Shown piece by piece: positions 1 to 11,720 of a stretch of 64,000 nt of DNA. A program made the position numbers and the translations under genes. Origin of the DNA: Camelus ferus (Eukaryota); contig NC_045707.1 of assembly GCF_009834535.1 (NCBI RefSeq), positions 62,932,001 through 62,996,000 on the forward strand, written 5' to 3'. The number at the start of each line of letters is the position of its first letter. Position 1 is the first letter of the stretch. The notes under the pieces are model-generated. The model did no database searches and was not told the origin of the DNA. It saw only the letters and a list, made by a program, of their open reading frames with translations.

Positions 1-469
1 TTTCTGAAGTGTGTGTACATATTCTTAACTTCTATTTAACTTTTGAAGCAAAATCTGTAGAAAACCATGGGACGTTAACGCTATCTCAGGCAGTAATGTA
101 AAAAATGGAATAGAGTCTTACAAAGCATACTCTCTAAATTATATTATAATAGAATTTAAATCTGTAAGATTTAATAGAGCCTAAATACTTTATTCTGGCT
201 TAGAGCAGGTATTTGCTTAGAGGTATTCTATAGCATTTAGAGAACAAGCAGAGATAATTTTCAACTTCTGATAAAATGACACATCACAAACTCCCCCTCC
301 TCCTCCAAAATCCTTACTGATATAAAATATCTAAAAATTGTGGTTATAACTGATATATTTTTTAGTACACAACTAAATCTGTGAAAAGGTGAGGGAACTC
401 TCCAGGAACAAAACACCAAAAGAAGACGTAGAAAACCAGAGTGACACCTGAATGTGAAAGTGAATTACA

Positions 470-546
470 GTTGAGGAAAAGGAGAAATGGAAAATAAGCA
501 AAGAAGGAAAGAATGAAGGAAGAAGGAAAGAAGAAAGGAAGGAAGA
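470..546. repeat. Purine-rich (GAAG/GGAA)n degenerate simple repeat
   Basis: aagaaggaaagaatgaaggaagaaggaaagaagaaaggaaggaag read directly. Confidence 0.85.
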
Positions 547-934
547 CATCAGATTACGATGTAGGGGTGCACAGAAAATTCAAAGAGTGAAGTGACAGAG
601 AATGACTGGATGGCGACTTTAGATGGGACAGTCCTAAGTCTCAGTGTGCATGTTGACGTTTGCTGAGAAGTTAATAACATTAAAGGAGGTAGATATGCAA
701 AAACCAGGGGAAAAAAGGATGCAGGCAGAGCAAATAATAGCAATATCGTTATCCATAATTCAGTCATTAAAGAGATCATAGAAGATTAACCAAAGAAAAA
801 AGTTCAAAGTAAATTTTTAAGTTTAAAATCAGTTTTCAAAAATTAAAATATGTGTAGTTTGATGCATTTCTGTAGAGAAAGAGAACCATACAGAAACAAG
901 AAAGAATTTGAGAGAATAGTGCTTTAAGTGAGAT

Positions 935-1932
935 GACATCTAACTAAAAAGCTTCTGCACAGTAAAAGAAACAATCAATAAAATATATGTGTATATATAC
1001 ATGACTGAGACATTGTTCTGTACACCAGAAACTGACACATTAAAACTGACTGTACTTCAATAAAAAAGCAATCAACAAAATGAAAAGGCAACCTACTGAA
1101 TGGGAGAAAATATTTGCAAATCATATGTTATATAATGGTTTATATCCAAACTATATAAAAAATGCATACAACTCAATAACAAAAAAAAAATCTAGTTTAA
1201 AAATGGGCAGAGGAACTGAATAGACATTTTTCCAAAGACATCCAAATGCTTAATAGGTACCTGTCATCCAAATGATGAAAAGTTCTCAACATCATTAATC
1301 ATCAGGGAAATGCAAACCAAAACTATAATGAGATATCACTTTACACATGTTAGAATGGCAATCATCAAGAAGTCTAGAGTTAAACATTGGTGAGGGTGTG
1401 TAGAAAAGGGAATATTTGCACACTGTTGGTGGGAATATAAATTGTTCCAGTCACAATGAAAAATAGCATAGCAGGTTCTTCAAAAAATTAAAAACAGAAC
1501 ACTATATGATCGGTAAGTCAGAGAAAGACAAATACCATCTGATACCACTTGTCCATGGCATCTAAAAAAGCCAAACTCATAGAAACAGAAAGAAGAATTG
1601 TGATTAACCAGGCACTCAGCGGTGGGGAATTGGGGGGAATGTTTTTAGGGTACACACTTCCATCTAGCGAATAAATAAGTTCTGGAGATCGAATGCACAG
1701 CATAGTGATTACGGTCAACAATACTGTATTACAAACTTCACAGTTGCTAAGAGACTAGATCTTAATTGTTTTTACAACAAAAAAAGAAATGATCGTTATG
1801 CGACATAATAGAGATGTCTGCTAATGCTAAAATGGCAATCCTATTGTAATAAGTAAATGCATCAAATCAACACGTTGTATACCTTAAATTTACATAGTGC
1901 CATATGTCAATCAATTACATCTCAGTAAAAAA
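935..1932 (+). mobile_element. LINE-1 3' fragment (ORF2 C-terminal region + 3' UTR, L1MA9-like), internally deleted near 1510 and interrupted at 985-1067
   Basis: Canonical L1 motifs: ctaaaaagcttctgcacagtaaaagaaacaatcaa; gaatgggagaaaatatttgcaaatcat; aaatgggcagaggaactgaatagacatttttccaaag; cagggaaatgcaaaccaaaac; 3' UTR ending caattacatctcagtaaaaa. Confidence 0.9.
985..1067 (+). mobile_element. Severely 5'-truncated young L1 3' tip nested in the older L1
   Basis: ...ctgtacaccagaaactgacacattaaaactgactgtacttcaataaaaaa, flanked by direct repeats aaacaatcaataaaat (969-984) / aagcaatcaacaaaat (1066-1081). Confidence 0.85.
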
Positions 1933-2045
1933 TTGGTTCTATCTGGGATGGAATTATGGGTAATGTTTATATCACTTTTTTTATTTGTATTTGTTAAATT
2001 TTCACAGTGAACCTGTATTATTTTGAAATAAGAAAAAAGTTAATA
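1933..2045 (+). mobile_element. Old L1 (L1MC/L1ME-type) 3' end
   Basis: ggaattatgggtaatgttt...aaattttcacagtgaacctgtattattttgaaataagaaaaaa resembles old L1M 3' termini. Confidence 0.6.
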
Positions 2046-3076
2046 TTAAACAACCTCACCTTATCTGATGTTATTATTGTGAATAATAATCTTCACAATA
2101 TTATTATGAATATTATTGTAAGACCACCGTGATCAGTACACTTATCACATTCATCCTTCACCAAACCAAACTACACAGCTTTCATTTCAAAATGCCAAAC
2201 TGTTCTTTGACAACTCTTGATTTGAGGTAAAATGGGCCCGATTGAAATCGCAGGAATGAGGGAAATGGATATGCTCTGATCTCAGTGGTTATGTTATTAG
2301 TCATTCACTATCTGTCCCTGGTTCCTACACTGAGCTCCCCGGAAACTGATGTCACCGCAAAATTAGCACCAGTGACTCAGAACAAGATGAGTGGGGGTTT
2401 CGCCACCAGCTGTTTTAAGTCCACGTCCCCAGATGTGCGATACCATTCCCCAAGGCTCAGAAATCACAGTCATTAACGATTTTCCTCAGATGTCCGACAA
2501 CATACACTTTATTTTCAGAATCAAAGCAAACCCACAATTACTGGGGGAGCGTGGGCTCAGGCTGGTCAGCACTAGAGCAGTAGGTGAAGAAACCCAATCT
2601 CTGTCCCCCTCCCGGCAGTGCGGCTGGTGCGCCAGCTTTCTTTTTTCCCTAAAATCCACACTGACCCAGTCTGTTACCTAACCCCACCTCCCTCCCACTC
2701 CCGTAATATACTCAGGAGTTATGTTTACAGAGTACTGAGGAAATTGCAGAGTGGCGTCTACAGCAACATAGAGAATGGTATTTTTCTAGATAAAGGAGCT
2801 ACTGGCGAAGATTACTCACTCAGAGCCAATAGTCCATGGCTGCTTTCGTGGGCTATACCCACGCTTAGAAAATGAACAAGTCTGGGAAATAGTAAATCTA
2901 ATCACCTATAGAATCTCTACAAATTATTTCTGTTCTTTTCATCATTAACAAAAAGTTTTGGTTTTATTTTCCTCCTGAGGCATTCCGACACGATTCTGTG
3001 CTGAGTCCTGTTTTCATAAATATTACAGCATTCCTACTGCCTTTATAGGGGTTCCAGACCAACGCTCTTACTTTCC

Positions 3077-3469
3077 TGACAGTGGCAAAACCAAGTGAGA
3101 TCCTCACAAAATGCCATCCCTCATCCTGGGGACACGGATTGTATTTCCCAGTTGCATTTGCAGTTAGGTTAGGGTCAGGATGCTGACGGATCGTGAGCGT
3201 ACATCAGGTATGTCTTCTCCTAACTCAGCTCACAAAATTTCCAGGGGCAATTTCAGCTTCCTCCCTCTTCTCAGGGGATGACTGAAATGGCGTAGCCTCA
3301 CAGGCAGAAGCCTACACCCCAGAGCCCCCGCTCGGAAGAAATCTGTCCAGGAGAGACTCCTGGTATACTTCAGATTTAAAGAAACTGAGACATAAACTCG
3401 TGATGAATGTGCCAGATGCTAAGTTTGAGGGGTCCTGTGGATACTCCCTTGATTCATTGTCCTCATACA
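3077..3469 (+). mobile_element. Old MaLR LTR (MLT1I/J/K-type)
   Basis: gtatttcccagttgcatttgcagttaggttagggtcagg motif; aataaa-like ataaac near the 3' end; terminates in ataca. Confidence 0.55.
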
Positions 3470-3590
3470 CTGAGTCTGATTTTTCTCATCTATAGTACAG
3501 GCAAAGCTATGTACACAGCAGGGTTGTTGTGAGAAATCAGTGAGCAGATTCATTAAAAATACCTGGACAGTTACATTATCTTCATTAATG
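3470..3590 (+). mobile_element. MIR SINE fragment
   Basis: ttttctcatctatag...agggttgttgtgagaaatcagtgag matches the MIR core. Confidence 0.7.
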
Positions 3591-3939
3591 CTGTCAGATA
3601 GCTGGGTCTTTGGGGGTTATTCCACTGTCCGGCTCGGTAAAATTATAGAGATTGGCTAGACCTCTCCAATTCACATGCCCATCTCTTCCAGCGTCATACC
3701 AACCAAGGCATCCATCCCGTCCCGTGGTGTTTTGCTGAAGACGTTGCACTTTTAGATAGCTGGCCCACTAGAAATGATTACTTACAAAATGTTAAAATTA
3801 GTTTTCAAAAGGTAATGTTATCCATAGTGCATTTGCATCTTAAGGAGCAGTGCTCAGTGACTGAGTGGCTTCTAAGACGGGGAAGATTGAAGTTTTAGTT
3901 GTATAATTAGAAAGAAGCTAGAAACCCTTGGGCACAAAA

Positions 3940-4190
3940 GTAATTATAACAATTATATGTTAAATATGTACCAGGCTGTGAACTAAACACTTTGTGTTTA
4001 TTATCACGTGGCATCGTCACAGTATGCCTATTAGACAGGGACTGTTAAAGTCAACTTTCTAAGTGAAGAAAGTGAGGATGAGTGTGGTTAAGTAGCACGC
4101 CCAACGCCGCACAGTGAGGGGGGGAAGCGGACAGAGAACTCTGCTCAGACTGCCCAGCTGGGGCCTTCGCCCTCACTTCTTTCACTGCGC
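3940..4190 (-). mobile_element. MIR SINE
   Basis: tatgtaccaggctgtgaactaaacacttt...gtgaagaaagtgagg...ggttaagtagcacgcccaa, reverse MIR core. Confidence 0.7.
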
Positions 4191-4414
4191 TACCATCTTA
4201 GATTTGGGGTAGGTTACACAGTGCGCATTTGATAAAATTCAGTTTTCTTAGCCTTTCTCAGTATTGTCCCTCCAATCAGATCAGGTACCAGACCCTCAGT
4301 TCTGCTTTGTAATGAGGGCTGTACTCGTGTCCGACAAGTTGTTTTCAGACCAAATTGTGGCTGCCGGGTCCTGGGAGGTAATGGAAACTTACCCACTCCT
4401 GCATAAGACATGCC

Positions 4415-5235
4415 AGCACTGTTCTTAACCAGAGGTGCATAAAAAACATACCTGTGAAGTTTTAAAAAGCAACTGCTTCGACACCGTTGTGGGAAAAAGA
4501 TAATTAAAAACAAAATCCTCTTCTAACTCAGAAAGCCTCTCCACGAACATGGTAGAGAAAGAAAACAAGTTAGTTATTGAATAAGCTTTAAACCATAATA
4601 TAAAAGGCATCTCATACAATCATCTTAGAGATTGCAAAGACAGGAAGCAATAGCACCCATTTATATAGCTGAGCAAATACAACTCATCACACACACGTTC
4701 TTAAGATAAACAGCCAGTCTTCAAGTAAGAAGACTTGGTAGCACCATTGGTCACACACGGTTCATCCTAAATTTACCTGGTAATTGGGGTGACTATCTGT
4801 CTCGGTTAAGTGGCCTTATACAAAAGAAAGACAAGTTTCTCTTATCTTTGCAATGGGAGGTGATTTTGCAACTTGAAGCAAGAAGCCCATGAAGTTGCTT
4901 CTGCCCCTCCGCAGAGCCTGGGAGAGAGGGACGCTCTCTCCCCTGATGTGTACACTTCAAAGAGATGATTCCAGGCCCAGGAGAAAGACATTCCTGGCCT
5001 GTAAAAGTGGCAAAATCTCATTTGGCTATTTTTTTTTTAAACGTTACATATATTTCTAAGAAAGGGAGCAAGAACTTGCAAGCTTCTAAATTAAATGCTC
5101 TAAGAAAAGGGAGTTGAGGATATTCTCTTCCCTTACTTGCAACAGGGAGAATTACACCTCGTGTTTAAAATGTGTGTTTGTCCTCCCACCGCTTCCTGTG
5201 AATTGATTCATTTGTTCTGAGTTGGAAACTCCACG
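4415..5235 (+). mobile_element. MER5A-like hAT-Charlie MITE split by the LTR at 4485-5190
   Basis: cactgttcttaaccagaggtgcat...acctgtgaagttttaaaaa before the LTR and ctgtgaattgattcatttgttctgagttgg after it. Confidence 0.5.
4485..5190 (-). mobile_element. ERV1 solo LTR, MER34/MER39-like
   Basis: Ends tttgtcctcccac (reverse of a TGTAGAGGACAAA-type start); internal ttcaaagagatgattccaggcccaggagaaagacattcctgg is the reverse-complement homologue of 24790-24850. Confidence 0.7.
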
Positions 5236-5489
5236 TCTTGCTGGAAATGGCATCTGAGATCAGACCTAGAGTAACAGGTCCACCCCTGTTCCCCAGAAAT
5301 AGACGTGAACAGGCACATAAAAGCCCCTCACTGATTAAGACAGGGCATGTCCTGCGGCAGGAATTGGGGGAATCGAGTCACAGAGCAGCTTGATGGAACA
5401 GAATGTAAATTCATAATTTAATTTTGTTAAACCAAACCTTTCTGAGAACCGCTGGCATCAGGACACCAGAGTGGATGGGAGAATCTCAT

Positions 5490-5950
5490 GTCTATCAGTC
5501 AAGACTTCATTGACTTTGAGAAACAGAAATCCAGCACTAATTATTCATGGAGTCCAGGAAGGGCTTGAACAAATAAGACATTCAGGTCTGGGGTGCAGCT
5601 GCCAGGACCCATGCTCTCTCCTTCTCTTGTCTCTGTTTCATTCTCTTGTATCGCAGACCGATGTTTCCCCGCCTTGGGGAAGGGCCCAACTCTCAAGCAC
5701 ACACAGGCAAATCAAGGCCAAGGTGAATGTCTGACTGATTTGATAGGAAAAGACGCAAGGAGCCACTATTTGAAGCAGAGTGTTACTTACATGGGCAGCG
5801 AGAAGAATCAGCCAAATATGCCAGCTCCCCAGGATTTCTGTACCACATACCACATCACAGGGCGCTGGAATGACAGGGGCCAGGTGATTGCACTGTGAGC
5901 TGTGGGATACCTTGTTACTAAGGAGCCAATTCTAAACTACAGTGAAGTGC
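5490..5950 (-). mobile_element. Degenerate MaLR LTR (MLT1K/L-type)
   Basis: atcagtcaagactt...aacagaaatccag...ctctctccttctcttgtctctgtttcattctc pattern; heavily decayed. Confidence 0.35.
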
Positions 5951-7977
5951 TTCCACATCCTGCTCCTCTATTCCCAGAGATGAGGCAGAATGTCCCAGAC
6001 CTCATCAGAAACGGGGAGAGGATGAGAGACTATCTCATGACAGCCTCCCGGGAAGAAGAGAGAGGCAGGCGGAGATGGCCTTGAAGCAGCTCCTCACGGG
6101 CCTCCCATGCTCTCCTGTCCCAGGGAGGATTACAAGGCATCTGCCAAGCTCAGACTAGCTGTAGGACAAGCATTAGACTTGCCCACGAGGTCTGAACAAT
6201 TATGTGAAGATATCAAGGGAACATGGTGGAATGACCGCCCAGCAAAAACCGCTAACAACTCCTGTTTAAAACAAAGAAACAAACAAAGAAAAAAACTTAC
6301 ACACCTACTCACTGAAGGTTAACTGATTTAGAAACACATTTTCTAAATCTGTGTTTTAAAGAAAAATCCCAGAAAATAGACTTATTGACCCAACATAAAT
6401 TAAGTGCCCACATTTGGACCAACTGAGAGTCTCACACTACGCGTGTACATGTTCCCATCATTTAAAGGGAGCTGGGGAAAAGAATATATATACACAGCAT
6501 ATCCAGAACTCCAAAGTGCTCACTAATTGGATCTGGTCATCAGCACCGTAGAGGAGTCCGAGGAAGAAGTTTCAAGGGAAAGACAGTAATTCAGAAGTAC
6601 AATATTAAAGTCAATGAAATAGTGAAGAGTACGTTTCTTATTGTCTCGGTTTCACCAAAACTGAGAGCCAGTGAGAACCAGTAATTCACTCATCGTCTTC
6701 CTAGAGGTACTAGATGTATCTTCACAAAACTTGCAAATAGGCCAAGTCCATTCCTGTGATTCCAGCCAGTTCTACCTTCCGTCTGTACGAGAGTTCCTAA
6801 AACATTTGTTGAACTGAAATAAACTCAGTGGATCGTTTGAAGGAAGTCACCAGTTTTAAAGAGAGCTGTGGGCCTTCCCTTTCTTCAATTGCTCCCCCAG
6901 CTCAGGAGCCAAGTCAGAAGGTATCCCTGAGAAGCATCAGAGAGACAGAGTTAGCAGGAGACAGTGACCTCACTCTCCAACTGGATAACCACTGAGTTTT
7001 GAACCCTGTAGGCTCTACCAGCCCTGGGTCGAGGTTATGACAGAATTCTTCCAAGAGCTTAACTTGAGTCTCTGAGGTTTGGGCACCAAAGAGCCTGGAG
7101 CCTGGCTTCCATCTGGAGAAGTCTGAGGGTGGGAGGCTGGGTGGAGAGGACTGCACTGGAAGCAGCCTGCATTTCCATGCTGGCTGGGCAAGGGTGAACA
7201 TGTGGCCTGGGCCCAGTGCAACTGGAAGGGACCCCACTGGACAAGGCTGCCTGTTGAAGAGACCAGATGTCCACCCCTGGAAGGTAGGAACCAGGATGTG
7301 ATAAGAGATGGACAGGAGAGTGTGCCATCCAACGAACAGTATGAGGAGTGTTCCATGAGAGGTCTCTGAAGACAAAGCCATCCTAGGAGAAGGCACGCTT
7401 GATGTTCCAAGAACCAAAGTTATTAATTGGTAGCACAACATACGGTATGAAATACACTTTACATGGCAGTTCCATCCACACACACACATCTGTCTACTTT
7501 GAAAGAAAAAGAGGGGAGAAAATCAAAATTTCACAAAATAAAGCTTATCTTTTGTTTACGAAATACATCCTGAAATCTTCTGGTTCAGTCTGTGCTCTGC
7601 AAAGTTATTACGTGTCTCGGATCAATTAAATTCAATACACAAAGTACAGCCTTCTAGAAGCCAGGAGGAGTGAAGCTGATGGAAAAGAGGCGTGTCGAGA
7701 AGAACGGTAAAGCAGAGCGTGTTACCTGTCATCCGCAGAGCTTGAATTCAGGGTTTGAATTGGGCAATAGATTGAAGTTGTAGTTTTATATTTGACTGCA
7801 GTTTTCTCTATCTGTTCTAACATCCTTGGAAAAACTATGCCATCTTCCTGTCAGGGACAAGCAAGGGGGACTGAATTAACCTCCAAATAGACAATATTTG
7901 GAAAATATCGTTTTCTCTTTGTACCCTGTCGAGTTAACACATGCAATAAACTTAGTTTCATGATATTAGTTGCCCTT

Positions 7978-8416
7978 TGTTATAAACTGAATGCTTGTGT
8001 TCCCCCCAAATTAATATATTGAAGCTCTAACCCCTAATGTGATAGCATGTGGAGGTAAAGGCCTTTGAGAAGTGATTAAGGCTAGATTAAATCATGAGAT
8101 GGGATTAATAGCCTTATAAGAAGAAGAAGAGTTTCTCTCTCTCTCTCCTTCCCTCCCTCCCTCTCCCTCCCCCTTTTCCTTACCCCCTCTGTGTGTGTGA
8201 TTGTGTGTGCATTCGTACACCAAAGAAAGGCTCTGTAAGAACATAAATGAGAGGGCAGCTGTCTGCAAACCAGGAAGTTGACCCTCACTAGACACTTAAA
8301 TCTGCTAGCTCCTTGATCTTGAACTTCCCAGCATCCAGCACTATAAGAAAGAAATGTCTGTTTTACATAAGCCGTCCAGTCTACGGAGTTCTGTTATAGC
8401 AGCCCCTGTTAAGACA
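7978..8416 (+). mobile_element. MaLR solo LTR (MLT1A-type)
   Basis: TG..CA ends; tgaatgcttgtgttccccccaaatt...ttgaagctctaacccctaatgtga; ccttgatcttgaacttcccagcatccag; tgttatagcagccc. Confidence 0.9.
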
Positions 8417-10244
8417 ACCATTATAAACACCTTAAGTATTAACCGGGTGAGTTCAAGACCATGATCTCATTTAATCTTTGTAGTTGATAGTTATAAGGTA
8501 GTTATTAAGAGGTGTTTGATGTTTTCAACCTGAGATCTTCTGTTTTCTGATCTTCTGACTCTTGAAGGTCAATACTCAGGGTCAGCTGGTGGAGGTATTT
8601 GTCATAAGAACTCAAGAGGAAAGGAAAGGGGGCAGCACAAATGCCTTAAATATAAGGGCTCAAAGAGGGTCTTTTTTATGCAGGCAGGCAAGGAAGGGCC
8701 ATCGAGGAAGCAGCTTGAGGGATAGCACCTGTAAATAAAGGCAAGGAACTGGAGGGACAAATGTTGAGTACTGCTGGGGACATGTGTTTCCCCTCACGGA
8801 ACCCAAGTAACTAGCAATGGACTTGAGGGTTACTGATGTTGCTTGTGGCTGCGTGAAGAAGCTTTAGCAGCTAAAATGAAACAGAGATGGGATATGAGTT
8901 CAAGCTAACTCTCAAGCTTATGCTACATCATCTATTCTAGTTTGCAGATACTCCTGGACATTTTCTTCAGAGTCCTGTGTCTGGAATTTATGTATCAAAG
9001 ACTAAGGCAGCTTTGTCAGATTAAGTGGAAAAGAGAATTTGGAACAGACAGAGGATGAACTGAGTAGGAGCAGTGCCCTGGATGGGAATAAATAGTGAGA
9101 TCTATTTTATAGGGATTCCCTCCATTTGTGACAATAACAAAAGAAAACTTTAGGAAAAATTGTTTCCTATCTCTCTCAGATCAAAAAGCACAGAGTGATA
9201 CAAACAAACATGAATAGAGAGCACTAAAAATAACACAAATTGAAATAAATATTCTCATTGTTGGAAAGAATAGAGACCTTTTTTACATGACTGTGAAGCG
9301 TACAAACTTGTCTTTCCCTGTTAATTAAAACTGTATTACATAAATTCATTTAATACCCTGAAGAATTTTGGAGAGTTTTTTGGGGGGTGAGGGGGGAGAT
9401 AACATTTATTCTGCCCTGGAAATTACCAGTAAGTTTGACAGCATAAACTATAGTAACAGGCAAACTGTTCTTAATAATAATGCCACAGTATTGCACTGTT
9501 TGTTCAAATCTACTTAAGAAATTATGAGTGGCCTGAAGCTCTAAGGTTCTGTCTCAAGAGTGTTTCATCTCAGGGCATTCCTTTAATTGTTCATGTCACT
9601 GTGACTAAGAAATTGAGCTCTTAACAACACTGATATTTAACACATTTCATAGCTGTCTTCCTCTTTTCTCCAAAAAAACTTAAAAGTACTTCCACGTAGG
9701 TAGCTCTGTACCACCACAATAGAACACTGAAATGAGAAACAGGGGGCCGATCTCTGCAAAATATCTCAGAAACATTCTGTGAATCCTAACAGAAAAAGAA
9801 AGAACATGTGTGAATAACATAAAAACTGGTACCATGACTCAAAGCTCATAGAACCACTCTGATGGCCAGAAGGACTCTTACACCTTTCTTTTTTATATAT
9901 AAAATAAAATGATATAAGAGAGGTTAGTATGACACCTTCAAAAGGGCCACTTCACAAGCTGCTATAACTTTATCCGTGCCTAAGTTTAATTCAGTTACAA
10001 GACAAGAACTTTACCCTTTGTTGAAACACAGGTTGAGTTAATCTGTGTTTCATGTTGACAGCATGTTAATAGTCATCACAAATACTCAAAATATTAATTA
10101 ATCTGATAAAATCCCAACAAAGAAGCTGTGATTTTGGGGTCTCTGGGCAGATAAGGAAAGAAAAGAAAAGTCTTTGATGGTTTTATTGTTGCTGGAAAGA
10201 GCTCATCCTTTATTTGCCATTTCTTCTTTAATAGGACTCCTCTC

Positions 10245-10670
10245 ATGTGGAATCTAACAAAATGAGACAAATGAACTTATTTACAAAAACAGAAACAGAC
10301 TCGCAGACACAGAAGGGGAAAGGGGGGTGGTGGAGAGTGGTATTAGGAGTTTGGGATTAACAGATACAAACTACGATATATACTATAGATCAACAACAAG
10401 GTCCTATGATACAGCAAAGGGAAGTACATTCAATATCTTGTAATAACCTATAATGAAAAAGAATCTGTGTATATATATATACATATATATATAACTGAAT
10501 GACTGTGCTGTACATCAGAAACTAACACAATATTGCAAATCAACTATACTTCAATTAAAAATTGATAAATAAAAACCAATAGGGAGCAGACACTACAGGG
10601 ACTCTCTGTACTATCTTTGCAACTTTTCTGTGTGAATTATTCTAAAACAAGAGTTTAGTTAAAAATGAAA
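10245..10670 (+). mobile_element. Young L1 3' end (10245-~10575) followed by ~90 bp of old L1MC/MB-type 3' end; possible 3' transduction
   Basis: atgtggaatctaac...gaacttatttacaaaaacagaaacagactc...caactatacttcaattaaaaa, then ggactctctgtactatctttgcaacttttctgt; flanking direct repeats at 10230-10244 / 10671-10685. Confidence 0.85.
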
Positions 10671-10810
10671 AATAGGGCTTCTCCCCATCCTTCCACTACA
10701 AACATGATATATGAAGGTAATTTCAGAACTGGTTCCAATAAACTAAGACAACCAAATTTTCTCTGTGACAATAAGCAGCCTTCAGGTATTTCATATCGAA
10801 AGATAGACAG

Positions 10811-11277
10811 ATTAATGGATAAAGATGTGGTGTATGTATACAGTGGAGTATTTCTCAGCCAAAAAAAAAGAAAGAATAAAATCCATGCAACAGCACGGAT
10901 GGACCTGGAGGGCTTTATGCTAAGTAAAGTAAGTCAAACAAAGAAAGACACATACTGTCTTATTTCATTTTTATGTGGGGGTCTAAAAAAAACAAAACAA
11001 ACAAATATAACAAAACAAAAATGGACTTACAGAGAATAAACCAGTGCCAGAGGGGACAGAACTGAGAGAGATGGGCAAAATAGGGGAAGAGGATTTAGAG
11101 ACACGAACTATCAATTATAAAATCAGTTATTCGTAGAGATGTAGCATAAAGCACAGAGAACATAGTCAACAGTATTTTAATAACTTTGATGTGTAATCTA
11201 TAAAAATAATCTAATCACTATGTTGTATACCTGAAACCAACACAATATCATATCAACTATACTTCAATTTGTTAAAA
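10811..11277 (+). mobile_element. 5'-truncated L1 3' end with TSD
   Basis: aatggataaagatgtggtg...gcaacagcacggatggacctggaggg...caactatacttcaatt + A tail; TSD aaagatagacag (10799-10810) / aaagataaacag (11278-11289). Confidence 0.9.
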
Positions 11278-11554
11278 AAAGATAAACAGTAGCATGCATT
11301 ATTTTTTCTTTAAGCCATGCTGGCTTACTTTAAATTATTTTACATGTTATTCTCTCAATTTCTGAATAATTTGATTAAGTTTTAGGAAAGTAATAATTTC
11401 TTGAAGTGTCTAGAGATTTTATCAGCATTGTTGCTACTAGTATTCATTGTTTTTCATCATTACTTTTTGTAGGAATGCCTAAGAAACACATGACATAAAG
11501 GATGAAAACATATCTTTTGTGATACAGTAATGAAAATGAGCCAAATTGAGAAAT

Positions 11555-11720
11555 TCTAGATATAGAAAGAACTTTAGAGATGATTTGGTCCAATTGCCTC
11601 CTCTGATACATGAAGATGCTGAAGTTCCCTGAATGTAAATAAATTGTCTCACCTCACTCATCCAAGAGGGTCAGCAAACTACACATTGAGATCAGTGCTC
11701 TGTCTCTGCTCCACATCATC
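11555..11720 (-). mobile_element. MIR/MIR3 fragment
   Basis: tagaaagaactttagagatgatttggtccaa...tacatgaagatgctgaag. Confidence 0.55.

Noticed and set aside
6539..6560. REST/NRSE-like tcagcacc
   Set aside because: Only the left half-site; the GGACAG half is absent
6914..7489. Three overlapping minus-strand ORFs (191, 131, 89 aa)
   Set aside because: Open in several frames because of local GC richness; no recognisable protein, no convincing splice or promoter context
10665..11039. 124-aa ORF
   Set aside because: C-terminal half is the decayed end of L1 ORF2 (ATARMDLEGFMLSKVSQ); the rest is chance read-through
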